Source: an archaeon (GTDB taxonomy: Archaea; Nanobdellota; Nanobdellia; Pacearchaeales; GW2011-AR1). Taken from it: a stretch of 64,000 bases of DNA. This document shows, one piece after another, positions 53,652 to 61,746 of the stretch (position 1 is its first letter; every line of letters begins with the position of its first letter). Both the position numbers and the translations under genes were made by a program. The notes under the pieces were generated by a model, which searched no databases, was not told the origin of the DNA, and worked only from the letters and a program-made list of their open reading frames with translations. The stretch is taken from NCBI GenBank assembly GCA_018697035.1, contig JABHSE010000004.1, positions 63,122 through 127,121 of the forward strand, read 5' to 3'.

Positions 53652-54038
53652 CTACAAATAATCTAACCCATCCCGTGCAATCTTCCTATAAAAACAAGAC
53701 TCCCTATGCTTACCCAACTCATCCACCGTATGACAGGCCCCATCTCCCTCAGAAGTAACCTGATAAACCAAGGCATCCTGATCGCAATCAACTAAGATAT
53801 TCTCAATCCTCAATTTATTCCCAGAATTCTCCCCCTTCGTCCAAAGTTTATTCTTCGAAGTACTCCAGAAAGTAGCATAATTTGTCTGAATAGTTTTATC
53901 CAAAGCCTCTCTATTCGCATACGCCAACATTAGAATATCCTTTGATCCACTATCCTGAGTAATCACTGGCACAAGCCCACCCCTTTTCTCAAATTGAATT
54001 ATTCTCTCGCAAGTTTGTTCTAATTTTTTAATATCCAT
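53652..54038 (-). CDS. hisI: phosphoribosyl-AMP cyclohydrolase
   Basis: GLVPVITQD...MLAYANREAL...FWSTSKNKLWTKGENSGN...DCDQDALVYQV...GACHT. Confidence 0.8.
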   Translation of the reverse strand: MDIKKLEQTCERIIQFEKRGGLVPVITQDSGSKDILMLAYANREALDKTIQTNYATFWSTSKNKLWTKGENSGNKLRIENILVDCDQDALVYQVTSEGDGACHTVDELGKHRESCFYRKIARDGLDYL

Positions 54039-54059
54039 TTTAAATAAGAAATCTCAACT

Positions 54060-55241
54060 CTAATGATAATGAGGATGCTCAGAAGTCTCTGCACATTTAT
54101 CATTCACAACATCCATCTCCAAAACACTCTCGTCCCCACTAACCATATCCTTCACCTTAAACACCCCACTCTCAACTTCCTGTTTCCCAACAAAAACCAC
54201 CTTCCCAAACTCATACGCATTAGCATACCCAAGCGCCTTACTAGGTTTACCATAATTCACAGAAACAATCTTACCCTGCTCCCTAAGTTTTTGAGCCAAT
54301 TTAATAGCAACATCATCTTCTCCCAAAGACACAATCAAAAATTTATCTTGAACACTCTTGAGCTTAGCAATCAAAAACAACCTATCCAATCCCATAGAAA
54401 TTCCCGTACACTGAACGTCGTTGAAAATATAACTTCCACCTCCAGTAATCGTTTCCTTAATACCCTCACCCTTAATCTCAAACACAGAACCGTTATAATA
54501 ACTAAGTCCCCTAATCGTCGTCGGTGAAAAAACAATCCGAAGCCCATACTTCTTACAATAATTAATCAACTCAAGCACTTCTTTATACGACTCAAATTTT
54601 TCAAAGTAATCTTCACCCTCATTAAACCTATCAATAATTCCCTCAACCCCAAAAGGCCTAAGGTTATCCCGCAACTCATCCTCAGGCAATTTATCAAACT
54701 TATCAATCTCACGCATAACCTGGTCCCTGTCTTTATCATCCACACCAAAGTCTTCCAAGATTTCATTCATAAGTTTACGGTTATTAATCAGCACAGTCGG
54801 AGTAATTCCAATACCCCTCAAAATCTCAGACACAACCACAAGAGTCTCAGCCTCGTCCTTAACAGTAGAACCCACAGTATCAATATCACACTGCACAAAC
54901 TGCCTAACCCGATTCCCCGAAACTGGCTCATCTCTAAAGACCGGTCCAACAGCAAACCTCTTGTAAGGAAGTTTCTTTCCCTGCATCAATCGCTTTAAAG
55001 GAAAAGTCATTTCATATCTAAGCGCCAAGTCCCTATCTCCCTTATCCTTCAATCTAAAAATATCCGAAACCGCTTCATCATCAGTATTATCTCCCTGAAC
55101 AAACTGCCTACTTTCAATTATAGGAGTGTCCACAGGAGAATACCCATACCTAGTAAAAGTATCAACAATAATTTTCCTTATAGCCTCTCGCTTAATCGCA
55201 TCTTCGCCTTCATAATCCTTAAATCCCTTAACAGTATCCAT
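54060..55241 (-). CDS. hisS: histidine--tRNA ligase (paralog 2; start trimmed to MDTVKGF)
   Basis: Motif 2 FRDEPVSGNRVRQFVQCDIDTVG, IRGLSYYNG, GGGSY, motif 3 GISMGLDRL, and an anticodon-binding domain. The track N-terminal extension overlaps a tRNA. Confidence 0.85.
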   Translation of the reverse strand: MDTVKGFKDYEGEDAIKREAIRKIIVDTFTRYGYSPVDTPIIESRQFVQGDNTDDEAVSDIFRLKDKGDRDLALRYEMTFPLKRLMQGKKLPYKRFAVGPVFRDEPVSGNRVRQFVQCDIDTVGSTVKDEAETLVVVSEILRGIGITPTVLINNRKLMNEILEDFGVDDKDRDQVMREIDKFDKLPEDELRDNLRPFGVEGIIDRFNEGEDYFEKFESYKEVLELINYCKKYGLRIVFSPTTIRGLSYYNGSVFEIKGEGIKETITGGGSYIFNDVQCTGISMGLDRLFLIAKLKSVQDKFLIVSLGEDDVAIKLAQKLREQGKIVSVNYGKPSKALGYANAYEFGKVVFVGKQEVESGVFKVKDMVSGDESVLEMDVVNDKCAETSEHPHYH

Positions 55242-55253
55242 CTTGTCCTCCAA

Positions 55254-55326
55254 GGCGGAAGGCGGGAATCGAACCCACATTATACGGACCACAACCATAT
55301 GTACTAACCATTATACTACAACCGCC
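55254..55326 (-). tRNA. tRNA-His(GUG) copy 2, with encoded G-1, 12 nt upstream of hisS
   Basis: Reverse complement: G-GCGGTTG-TA-GTAT-AATGGTTA-GTAC-A-TATGG-TTGTGGT-CCGTA-TAAT-GTGGG-TTCGATT-CCCGC-CTTCCGC-C. Confidence 0.8.
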
Positions 55327-55478
55327 ATAATTTAATTCATTAGAAATACAAGATAAGATAGGGAGGTTTCTACTTCGAACAATGCCGGCAATCAGCACTA
55401 AACGTACCTTTCGCCTCGATATTTGTTAAAAATGTTAATTTCATATTTGACACAACTAACCCGTCTTTATAAATATTA

Positions 55479-56009
55479 TTATTCCCTAAAAAGAGATAGG
55501 ATTCTTTCAGGATCTACTCTATAAGGACTTCCCTTCCCTTCAAAAAAATAATGGTCCCTAATCAAATGTGGAATCAACCCAGAAACCTGTATAGGATTTT
55601 TACAATCACGCATTTCTCCAGGATAGAAAGGCTTACCATCATCAGGCATCAACCACATCACACTTGCCTTATCGGTATAGTCATCACCCCAAGGACAATT
55701 TTGTTCCCCACAGGTAAATTCTGTTACAATCTTAAAACTTCCTTGACGAAAAAATTCTTGCCCATGACCCATAATCATAGATTCCAACTTATCCGCAACT
55801 TGCTCATATGTCAAGTTGAGTTTTTTAAGCGTCGCAAAATCACCGAGCACAACCTCCTCAAAAGATTCATCTCCTCTAAGAAATCCATCTGATGAACCAT
55901 AAACACTTCCCGTAGGCTTCAGAAGCTTTTCCAATTGAACAAGTTTTTCACCAAGAGGAATAGACGCCAAAACTTTTTCATAAAGAGTGTCATAATCCAC
56001 ATTATTCAT
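55479..56009 (-). CDS. hypothetical protein
   Basis: 176-aa ORF. Confidence 0.5.
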   Translation of the reverse strand: MNNVDYDTLYEKVLASIPLGEKLVQLEKLLKPTGSVYGSSDGFLRGDESFEEVVLGDFATLKKLNLTYEQVADKLESMIMGHGQEFFRQGSFKIVTEFTCGEQNCPWGDDYTDKASVMWLMPDDGKPFYPGEMRDCKNPIQVSGLIPHLIRDHYFFEGKGSPYRVDPERILSLFRE

Positions 56010-56010
56010 T

Positions 56011-57111
56011 TTAACTAGTCATCAATTTATAGTAAATATCGTTAAATATTTCTAAGTCTTTTTTATTTACACTTTCATCAGATGTATGACATTGGTCTGA
56101 CTGCCCAGGCCCAAAGATTACCGCTTCTCCCCACTTCGAAAAAAGAGCAGCCTCTGTCCATCCATATTTAACTCCCATATCTACAGAAGGCACAATCCCC
56201 TTCAGCTGCGAAATAAATAAACCATCTCTATCTGTTCCAAAAGAATCTCCCCAAAAAATCGGATTACATTTGGAGTCAGCACAAATATCCAACGCCATTT
56301 TTTTTATCATTCCATACTCATCTTGAATATCCTGAGACGGCACCAACCTCTGACTCGTTCTAATCAAACATTTATCCGCAACAACATTAGCCCCCTCCCC
56401 TCCACGAATCATTCCAATATTCATAGTAGAACATCCAAGCAAAGGATCCCTCTCACTCTCGACCTCCTTCCCATACTCAATCACTCTTCGACAAAATTCC
56501 GCGGCCTTATAGATAGCATTATATTTATCATTATAATCAAAATCCGCCTTAGAAGAATGTGCTGCAAAGCCACCAAACTCAGTCTCCAAATCCAAACATC
56601 CCTTCTGCGCATATATAATCTTCCCATTCGTCGGCTCAGCAACAACAACCCTCGCATTCTTCAAATCAAAATCCTTTATCAATTGCTCACCACCCTTAAG
56701 CGAACCCTCTTCATCCGCAGTAAAAATTAAATAAACATCCTGCTTCGGCTTTTCATCCAAAGAAAGAGCAGCGCTAATCATACATGCCAAACCAGCCTTC
56801 ATATCGCTACTTCCCAATCCATATATCTTCCCATCTTGCTCCAAGGGCTCAAACGGATTCTTAGTCCACCCAGAAGAAACAGGAACACTATCAGTATGCC
56901 CAGTAAGAACTAAGGGCGAATCAAATTTTTCCCCAGGAATCCTAACGACCAAATTATACAAGTCAAACTCGTCCCCAATATCCCTAAATCTAAACCTCTG
57001 TGTCTCAAACCTAGCCAACTTATCCTCGATATAATCAACTATTTCCTTATTTGACTTCGTACACTGAGAGTCAATCCTAATTAAATCTTTCAAGATGGTT
57101 ATTTGATTCAT
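56011..57111 (-). CDS. M20 family metallopeptidase/deacylase (ArgE/DapE/carnosinase-like)
   Basis: LTGHTDSVP, GSSDMKAG and FTADEEG metal-ligand motifs. Confidence 0.8.
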   Translation of the reverse strand: MNQITILKDLIRIDSQCTKSNKEIVDYIEDKLARFETQRFRFRDIGDEFDLYNLVVRIPGEKFDSPLVLTGHTDSVPVSSGWTKNPFEPLEQDGKIYGLGSSDMKAGLACMISAALSLDEKPKQDVYLIFTADEEGSLKGGEQLIKDFDLKNARVVVAEPTNGKIIYAQKGCLDLETEFGGFAAHSSKADFDYNDKYNAIYKAAEFCRRVIEYGKEVESERDPLLGCSTMNIGMIRGGEGANVVADKCLIRTSQRLVPSQDIQDEYGMIKKMALDICADSKCNPIFWGDSFGTDRDGLFISQLKGIVPSVDMGVKYGWTEAALFSKWGEAVIFGPGQSDQCHTSDESVNKKDLEIFNDIYYKLMTS

Positions 57112-57113
57112 CC

Positions 57114-57890
57114 TTACTTCCCCAATCTATCCATGACTTTAGTTAAGTATTCCTGATCAAGATTTTTTATATCCCATCCAAACCATTTGCTATTTCGTTC
57201 AGGATCTTTAAATAAATCTCTTGGTGGTTTACCCGATAGTGTCTTAGACGTAATGATACCCATTGCAGGATTGATTGTTCTATTCACAAAATGTTCAAAA
57301 TTCCTTTTTGCAGCTTTTTCTAATCTTTTTGCAACCAAAACCGAGCCTAATCCCCTATTTTGATAAGAATCTATAATTCCCGACTCCGCACCATAAAAAG
57401 TTTTATTTGGAACAAACCCTTCATTGTTTAATAGATCTTTAACTTTTGGAAAATTAACACTAGTTGTTTTTTTATCAGGTACCATATATCCCCAACTAAA
57501 ACCAATAGGACGATTTTCATCATACAACATAAAACCCTCAAATCCTTCCTTATCTAAAGCTTCATCAATTAATTCCTGATGATTAACAAAGTTTGGGTAG
57601 AAATCAACTAGCTCTAAAGGTTTTTCACATTCAACGCAAGAATCCAGTCCCCCTTTGGGTAGCAAAAAAACATCATTCCTCAAAGTATATCCATTCCTAC
57701 AATCATTAACGACCTTCTGTTCTTTATTTAAGTCGTATCTTTCACACAATTCAGAAGCATAAGGTGTTCCACAATTATCACATGCTAAATCTTCATGCCA
57801 AGGATGTCCGCTAAAAACTTCTTTATATACACTTGCCAACGATCCAATATTTTTACCCTCTATATTCCTTAAATGTAACTTATTTTTCAT
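57114..57890 (-). CDS. GNAT-like acetyltransferase with Cys-rich N-terminal insert (putative)
   Basis: YQNRGLGSVLVAKRL resembles the GNAT acetyl-CoA motif A. CDNC...CVEC are possible Zn ligands. Confidence 0.5.
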   Translation of the reverse strand: MKNKLHLRNIEGKNIGSLASVYKEVFSGHPWHEDLACDNCGTPYASELCERYDLNKEQKVVNDCRNGYTLRNDVFLLPKGGLDSCVECEKPLELVDFYPNFVNHQELIDEALDKEGFEGFMLYDENRPIGFSWGYMVPDKKTTSVNFPKVKDLLNNEGFVPNKTFYGAESGIIDSYQNRGLGSVLVAKRLEKAAKRNFEHFVNRTINPAMGIITSKTLSGKPPRDLFKDPERNSKWFGWDIKNLDQEYLTKVMDRLGK

Positions 57891-57892
57891 TT

Positions 57893-59407
57893 TTATATAT
57901 CTAATTTAACCCCCCTTTCAATAATATCTAATATTTCATTATTCCTTATTAAACTATTGATTTTCGCTAAATCAATTCTAAACTCCCTGTCGTTATCGAT
58001 ATAAGGACTTACCTCTCGAATTTTATTATGCACCAATTGAGCAATCATACTTCCCTCTTCAATATTTCTTAATTCCAACGCCTGAACCGAACACATATAC
58101 AAAATAGAAATTATTTCTTCCACATTATGGATTATATCTCTCGCCTTCCTTGCACCTATAGTTCCCATACTCACGTGATCCTCCTGATTTGCACAAGTAG
58201 GAATAGAATCCACGCTCGACGGATGCGCCAACACCTTATTCTCAGAAACCAATGCAGCCGCGACATATTGAGGAATCATCAATCCACTATTCAATCCACT
58301 TTCTTTTACTAGAAACGCCGGAAGGCCTTCATTCAAATTAGGATCAAGCATTCTAAAAATAATCCTCTCAGAAAGATTACCTAATTCACTTATTGCAATA
58401 CCCAAGAAGTCGGCGACTAGCGCTATTGGCTGCCCATGAAAGTTTGCGCCAGAAATTGCCTTTCCCTCAAAAATCAAAGGATTATCTGTTGCAGAATTTA
58501 TTTCCGTTTCCACAACTCCCTTAATATATTTAACAGAATCCAACGATGCGCCAATAATTTGTGGCAATGCCCTAAGGCTATAAGCGTCCTGCACCTTCGT
58601 CGTCGAATCAATCAATTTACTCCCTTCAATCAATTTGGAAATAATAGACGCACATCTTCCCTGCCCAAAATGAGGTCTCGCCAAATGAATATTCTCATTC
58701 AAAGCAACACTACAACCCTTCAATGATTCCAAACTCAACGAACTCGCGATAAGAGTATTCTTAATCAAATTCTCAGAATCATGTATATTAAGAGCCATTA
58801 TAGCAGTCATCACCGTCGTCCCATTATTCAAAGCCAAGCCTTCCTTAAAGCTCAATTTTATAGGAGAGAGCCCTGCATACAAAAGTGCCTCCTTTCCCGA
58901 CATACGCTGACCATTAAACATCGCCTCTCCTCTACCAATCATTACCAGAACCATATGTGAGAGAGGAGCAAGATCCCCACTAGCACCAACAGACCCCTTC
59001 TCAGGAATAATTGGATGAACACCCCTATTCAACATATCAACCAACAACTGCACCGTACTCAGACGTATACCAGAAAATCCCTTAACAAAAGTATTAATCC
59101 TAATCAACATAACAGCCCGAACAATGTCCTCAGACAGAGGCTCACCAACCCCAACCGCATGACTCTTAATCAAATTCTCCTGAAGCTTCTCCACATCTTC
59201 CAACGGAATCGAAACATTAGACAAAGAGCCAAAACCCGTAGTCAAACCATAAACAGATTCTCCTTCAGAAATCATAGTTTCAACATAATTTCGAGAACGA
59301 TTAATTTTACCAACAGATTCCTCTGGAAGCTCAACGACATAATTATTTCTAGAAACATCAACAACGTCTTTTACTGAAAGATTTAATCCGTTTAACTGGA
59401 CTTTCAT
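57893..59407 (-). CDS. hutH: histidine ammonia-lyase (MIO enzyme)
   Basis: GSVGASGDLAPLSH contains the Ala-Ser-Gly MIO-forming triad. About 504 aa. Confidence 0.85.
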   Translation of the reverse strand: MKVQLNGLNLSVKDVVDVSRNNYVVELPEESVGKINRSRNYVETMISEGESVYGLTTGFGSLSNVSIPLEDVEKLQENLIKSHAVGVGEPLSEDIVRAVMLIRINTFVKGFSGIRLSTVQLLVDMLNRGVHPIIPEKGSVGASGDLAPLSHMVLVMIGRGEAMFNGQRMSGKEALLYAGLSPIKLSFKEGLALNNGTTVMTAIMALNIHDSENLIKNTLIASSLSLESLKGCSVALNENIHLARPHFGQGRCASIISKLIEGSKLIDSTTKVQDAYSLRALPQIIGASLDSVKYIKGVVETEINSATDNPLIFEGKAISGANFHGQPIALVADFLGIAISELGNLSERIIFRMLDPNLNEGLPAFLVKESGLNSGLMIPQYVAAALVSENKVLAHPSSVDSIPTCANQEDHVSMGTIGARKARDIIHNVEEIISILYMCSVQALELRNIEEGSMIAQLVHNKIREVSPYIDNDREFRIDLAKINSLIRNNEILDIIERGVKLDI

Positions 59408-59537
59408 ATTGAACCAGTATGTTTTAGGTTTATAAGAATTGTTGTGATATAAAGCAGTTCAAAAGTAAAATATGATTTTCTGTTACGAGTGTTCTCAACA
59501 CAAACTTTAAAAGTAAAAATCAATCTACTAAACACAT

Positions 59538-59576
59538 GCGCCTATAGTCTAGTGGCCAAGGATGCTGCCCTTTCAC
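59538..59576 (+). tRNA. tRNA-Glu(UUC) 5' half only (acceptor 5' strand, D arm, anticodon 5' stem and loop)
   Basis: GCGCCTA-TA-GTCT-AGTGGCCAA-GGAT-G-CTGCC-CTTTCAC, near-identical in architecture to tRNA-Glu(CUC) at 18132. I found no GGCAG, T arm or TAGGCGC downstream in the window. Confidence 0.6.
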
Positions 59577-59656
59577 AGTGGAGTACCTAAAGGGTATACT
59601 ACCCTGACAACCTTTATAAAGGAAGAACTCCTGTTATATTTGGAAAAATAAATCAA

Positions 59657-60889
59657 ATGGGAATTAATGATATTACTAAAAATGAAAATGAATGGAGAAA
59701 GTTAAAAGAAAATAATTATAATTTAAAAAATCTAAATCAAAAAAATAGATCGATAACTTCAGATTTTCTAAAAGATTTTGAACTTGGAATCAACACTCCA
59801 CCAAAAAAACGGGGAGCAAGAAAACCCGGAACGCTTTTGAAATTGAGATATTTTCTTGTTTCTCTAAACAGGCACTTTCCTAAAAAAACATTTATTAATT
59901 TAACAAAAGACGATTTACATTCGTTATGTGAAAACATGTTTCAAGGCACAATAAAGACGTGTAACGGAAGAATCTACAAAGATGTTGGAGAAGTTGTGAA
60001 AAATCTTAAAACTTTTTTCAGATGGGCGGAAAGAACCTCTAACATAAATGAAAGCATAGTAGAAGACTTGTCAGCCGCTTCTTATAAAAGGTCTAAGCCT
60101 GCCTGGACTTATCTTGAGCATGCCGATATAAAGAAATTAATTGATAGTGCAAATGCCACATATAAGCCTCTTATGGTTTTCCTCTATGATTCAGGTTTGC
60201 GTCCAGAAGAGGCCATCAGAATAAAAGTGAGTGATTTCGAATTTTCTTCCGATGGCCCAGCAATCTTAAACATTCCAGAAATTCGAGGAAGTGGCATGAG
60301 AGTTTCTAAAACATTTGAGAGGACGATCAAATTGATGAACAGTTCAAATCAAATCAAAAATTATATAGAACTTAATGGATTAAAGTCCAATGATTTACTA
60401 ATTCAAAAAAGAAGATTGATGTTTAATAGATATCTTAAAAGATTGGCCTTAAAATTATTTGGCAATATGAAGACAAAAGCCAGGGGCGAAATTAAAGATA
60501 TCAATATGTACGCATTTAGACATTGGTCTTCGATTTATTGGTTAGATCGATATAAGACAAATAAAGATTTGATGTATAGAATGGGTTGGAAGAACGAGAA
60601 TAAAATCCTTTATTATTCAGAATTTTTAGGAAGAAGAGATAAAATTGACGATGAGGATATGCTTACAATCGAGGATAAGAACAAGTATGAAAAAGATATA
60701 GAAAAGTTGGAAAAACAAGAAATTCAAAATTTTGAATTGCTTAAAAAACTCTCTGCCATCACCCAAGTGCTACTGAAAGCGGCTATGGAAGATGAAACCA
60801 CAAAAGAAAGTTTGAAGAAACAGCTTATCAGGATTACCCTTGAGGGAGCTGAAACAAATCACTTGCAAGTGATTTCCCCTCCTCATTAA
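59657..60889 (+). CDS. tyrosine recombinase / phage-type integrase
   Basis: GLRPEEAIRIKVSDF (Arg I region), YAFRHWSSIYWL (R-H box), MGWKN..ILYY (candidate catalytic Tyr). Confidence 0.8.
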   Translation: MGINDITKNENEWRKLKENNYNLKNLNQKNRSITSDFLKDFELGINTPPKKRGARKPGTLLKLRYFLVSLNRHFPKKTFINLTKDDLHSLCENMFQGTIKTCNGRIYKDVGEVVKNLKTFFRWAERTSNINESIVEDLSAASYKRSKPAWTYLEHADIKKLIDSANATYKPLMVFLYDSGLRPEEAIRIKVSDFEFSSDGPAILNIPEIRGSGMRVSKTFERTIKLMNSSNQIKNYIELNGLKSNDLLIQKRRLMFNRYLKRLALKLFGNMKTKARGEIKDINMYAFRHWSSIYWLDRYKTNKDLMYRMGWKNENKILYYSEFLGRRDKIDDEDMLTIEDKNKYEKDIEKLEKQEIQNFELLKKLSAITQVLLKAAMEDETTKESLKKQLIRITLEGAETNHLQVISPPH

Positions 60890-61376
60890 CCCAATAATAC
60901 CGTTTTCTATCCTTGCCCATCTCAGTTTCAACCAATCCCTTTTTCATCAACTCTTTAAGAATACTCTTGGTGCTTATCCGCGAGAGACAGGGGTTCAGAT
61001 GCGAGGATTTTATACGAATCTCCTCAGAAGTACGCCTCACAGGATTTAACAATAATGTTTTCAAAACAACATATCTTTGCCGGGGACTTGCGGATATCCA
61101 TCCAATCAAATCATAATCTTTTTTGATTTTTTGAACAGGGATTGAAATTTCGAGCAGTTTCCTGGCTTTATTCGTCAAAACATAAAGTTTGCCCTTGTGT
61201 CCTTCAGGATTAAGGCATTTTATAGTTCCCCGTTTCAAGTACGGTTTAAGATTAAATTTATCAACACAAAGCTCATTCATAACTTGTGTCGGTGTTTTAG
61301 GAACAGAAAATGAAGAAAGAAGTTGAATGTTTTTTGGTCGATTTATCCAATTGATCAATTTCTTTTCCCCCATCAA
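60834..61376 (-). CDS. winged-helix DNA-binding protein
   Basis: Two wHTH-like segments (..TPTQVMNEL..; RRTSEEIRIKS..NPCLSRISTKSILKELMKKGLVE). Its 3' end overlaps the integrase 3' end by 56 nt. Confidence 0.5.
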   Translation of the reverse strand: MMGEKKLINWINRPKNIQLLSSFSVPKTPTQVMNELCVDKFNLKPYLKRGTIKCLNPEGHKGKLYVLTNKARKLLEISIPVQKIKKDYDLIGWISASPRQRYVVLKTLLLNPVRRTSEEIRIKSSHLNPCLSRISTKSILKELMKKGLVETEMGKDRKRYYWVNEEGKSLASDLFQLPQG

Positions 61377-61424
61377 TATAAAAAGATGCGATATAGATAA
61401 AGGGCTTGTACAATAATGAGAACC

Positions 61425-61454
61425 GTTTCTGTTTCTGTTTCTGTTTCTGTTTCC
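61425..61454. repeat. hexanucleotide microsatellite (GTTTCT)x4 plus GTTTCC
   Basis: Read directly: gtttctgtttctgtttctgtttctgtttcc. Confidence 0.95.
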
Positions 61455-61746
61455 CTATTTTCATTATATATGTTTTTTACCTGGAAATAAAAGAATCGTA
61501 TATAGTCTGGAACAATTTACTAAGGGAAAAGTTTTGTCGTGGATTAAAAATTAAATATCGGTGATGTGGTGTGAAAGTAAAAAGACTTTTTCAGTTAATG
61601 CCTCTAAATTTCAGTATATACATAAATGAAGCGAATATGATATGCAAAATATGATGGCACAATAATTAATTGTACAAAATACTTATTAATTAAAAAAGCA
61701 ATAAAATATCAGACGCAATATATGCTGATTAACATGATGGGGAAAT

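Noticed and set aside
55242-55298. N-terminal extension of the hisS ORF (MVVVRIMWVRFPPSALEDK)
   Set aside because: It reads through tRNA-His copy 2. The conserved HisRS N-terminus starts at MDTVKGF.
59584-59595. The 12-mer TACCTAAAGGGT is shared between the tRNA-Glu(UUC) junction and the region 30 nt upstream of tRNA-Glu(CUC) (18091-18102), which could be an att or split-tRNA pairing signal
   Set aside because: The two copies are identical rather than complementary. Exact 12-mer matches are expected by chance many times in 64 kb of AT-rich DNA. Both may simply be promoter-like A/T boxes.
59591-59605. Similarity of AGGGTATACTA at the tRNA-Glu junction to the F1 segment AGAGGGTA(C/T)ACT
   Set aside because: Only about 10-12 matching nucleotides, found post hoc, and within chance expectation. 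No other F1 modules are present there.
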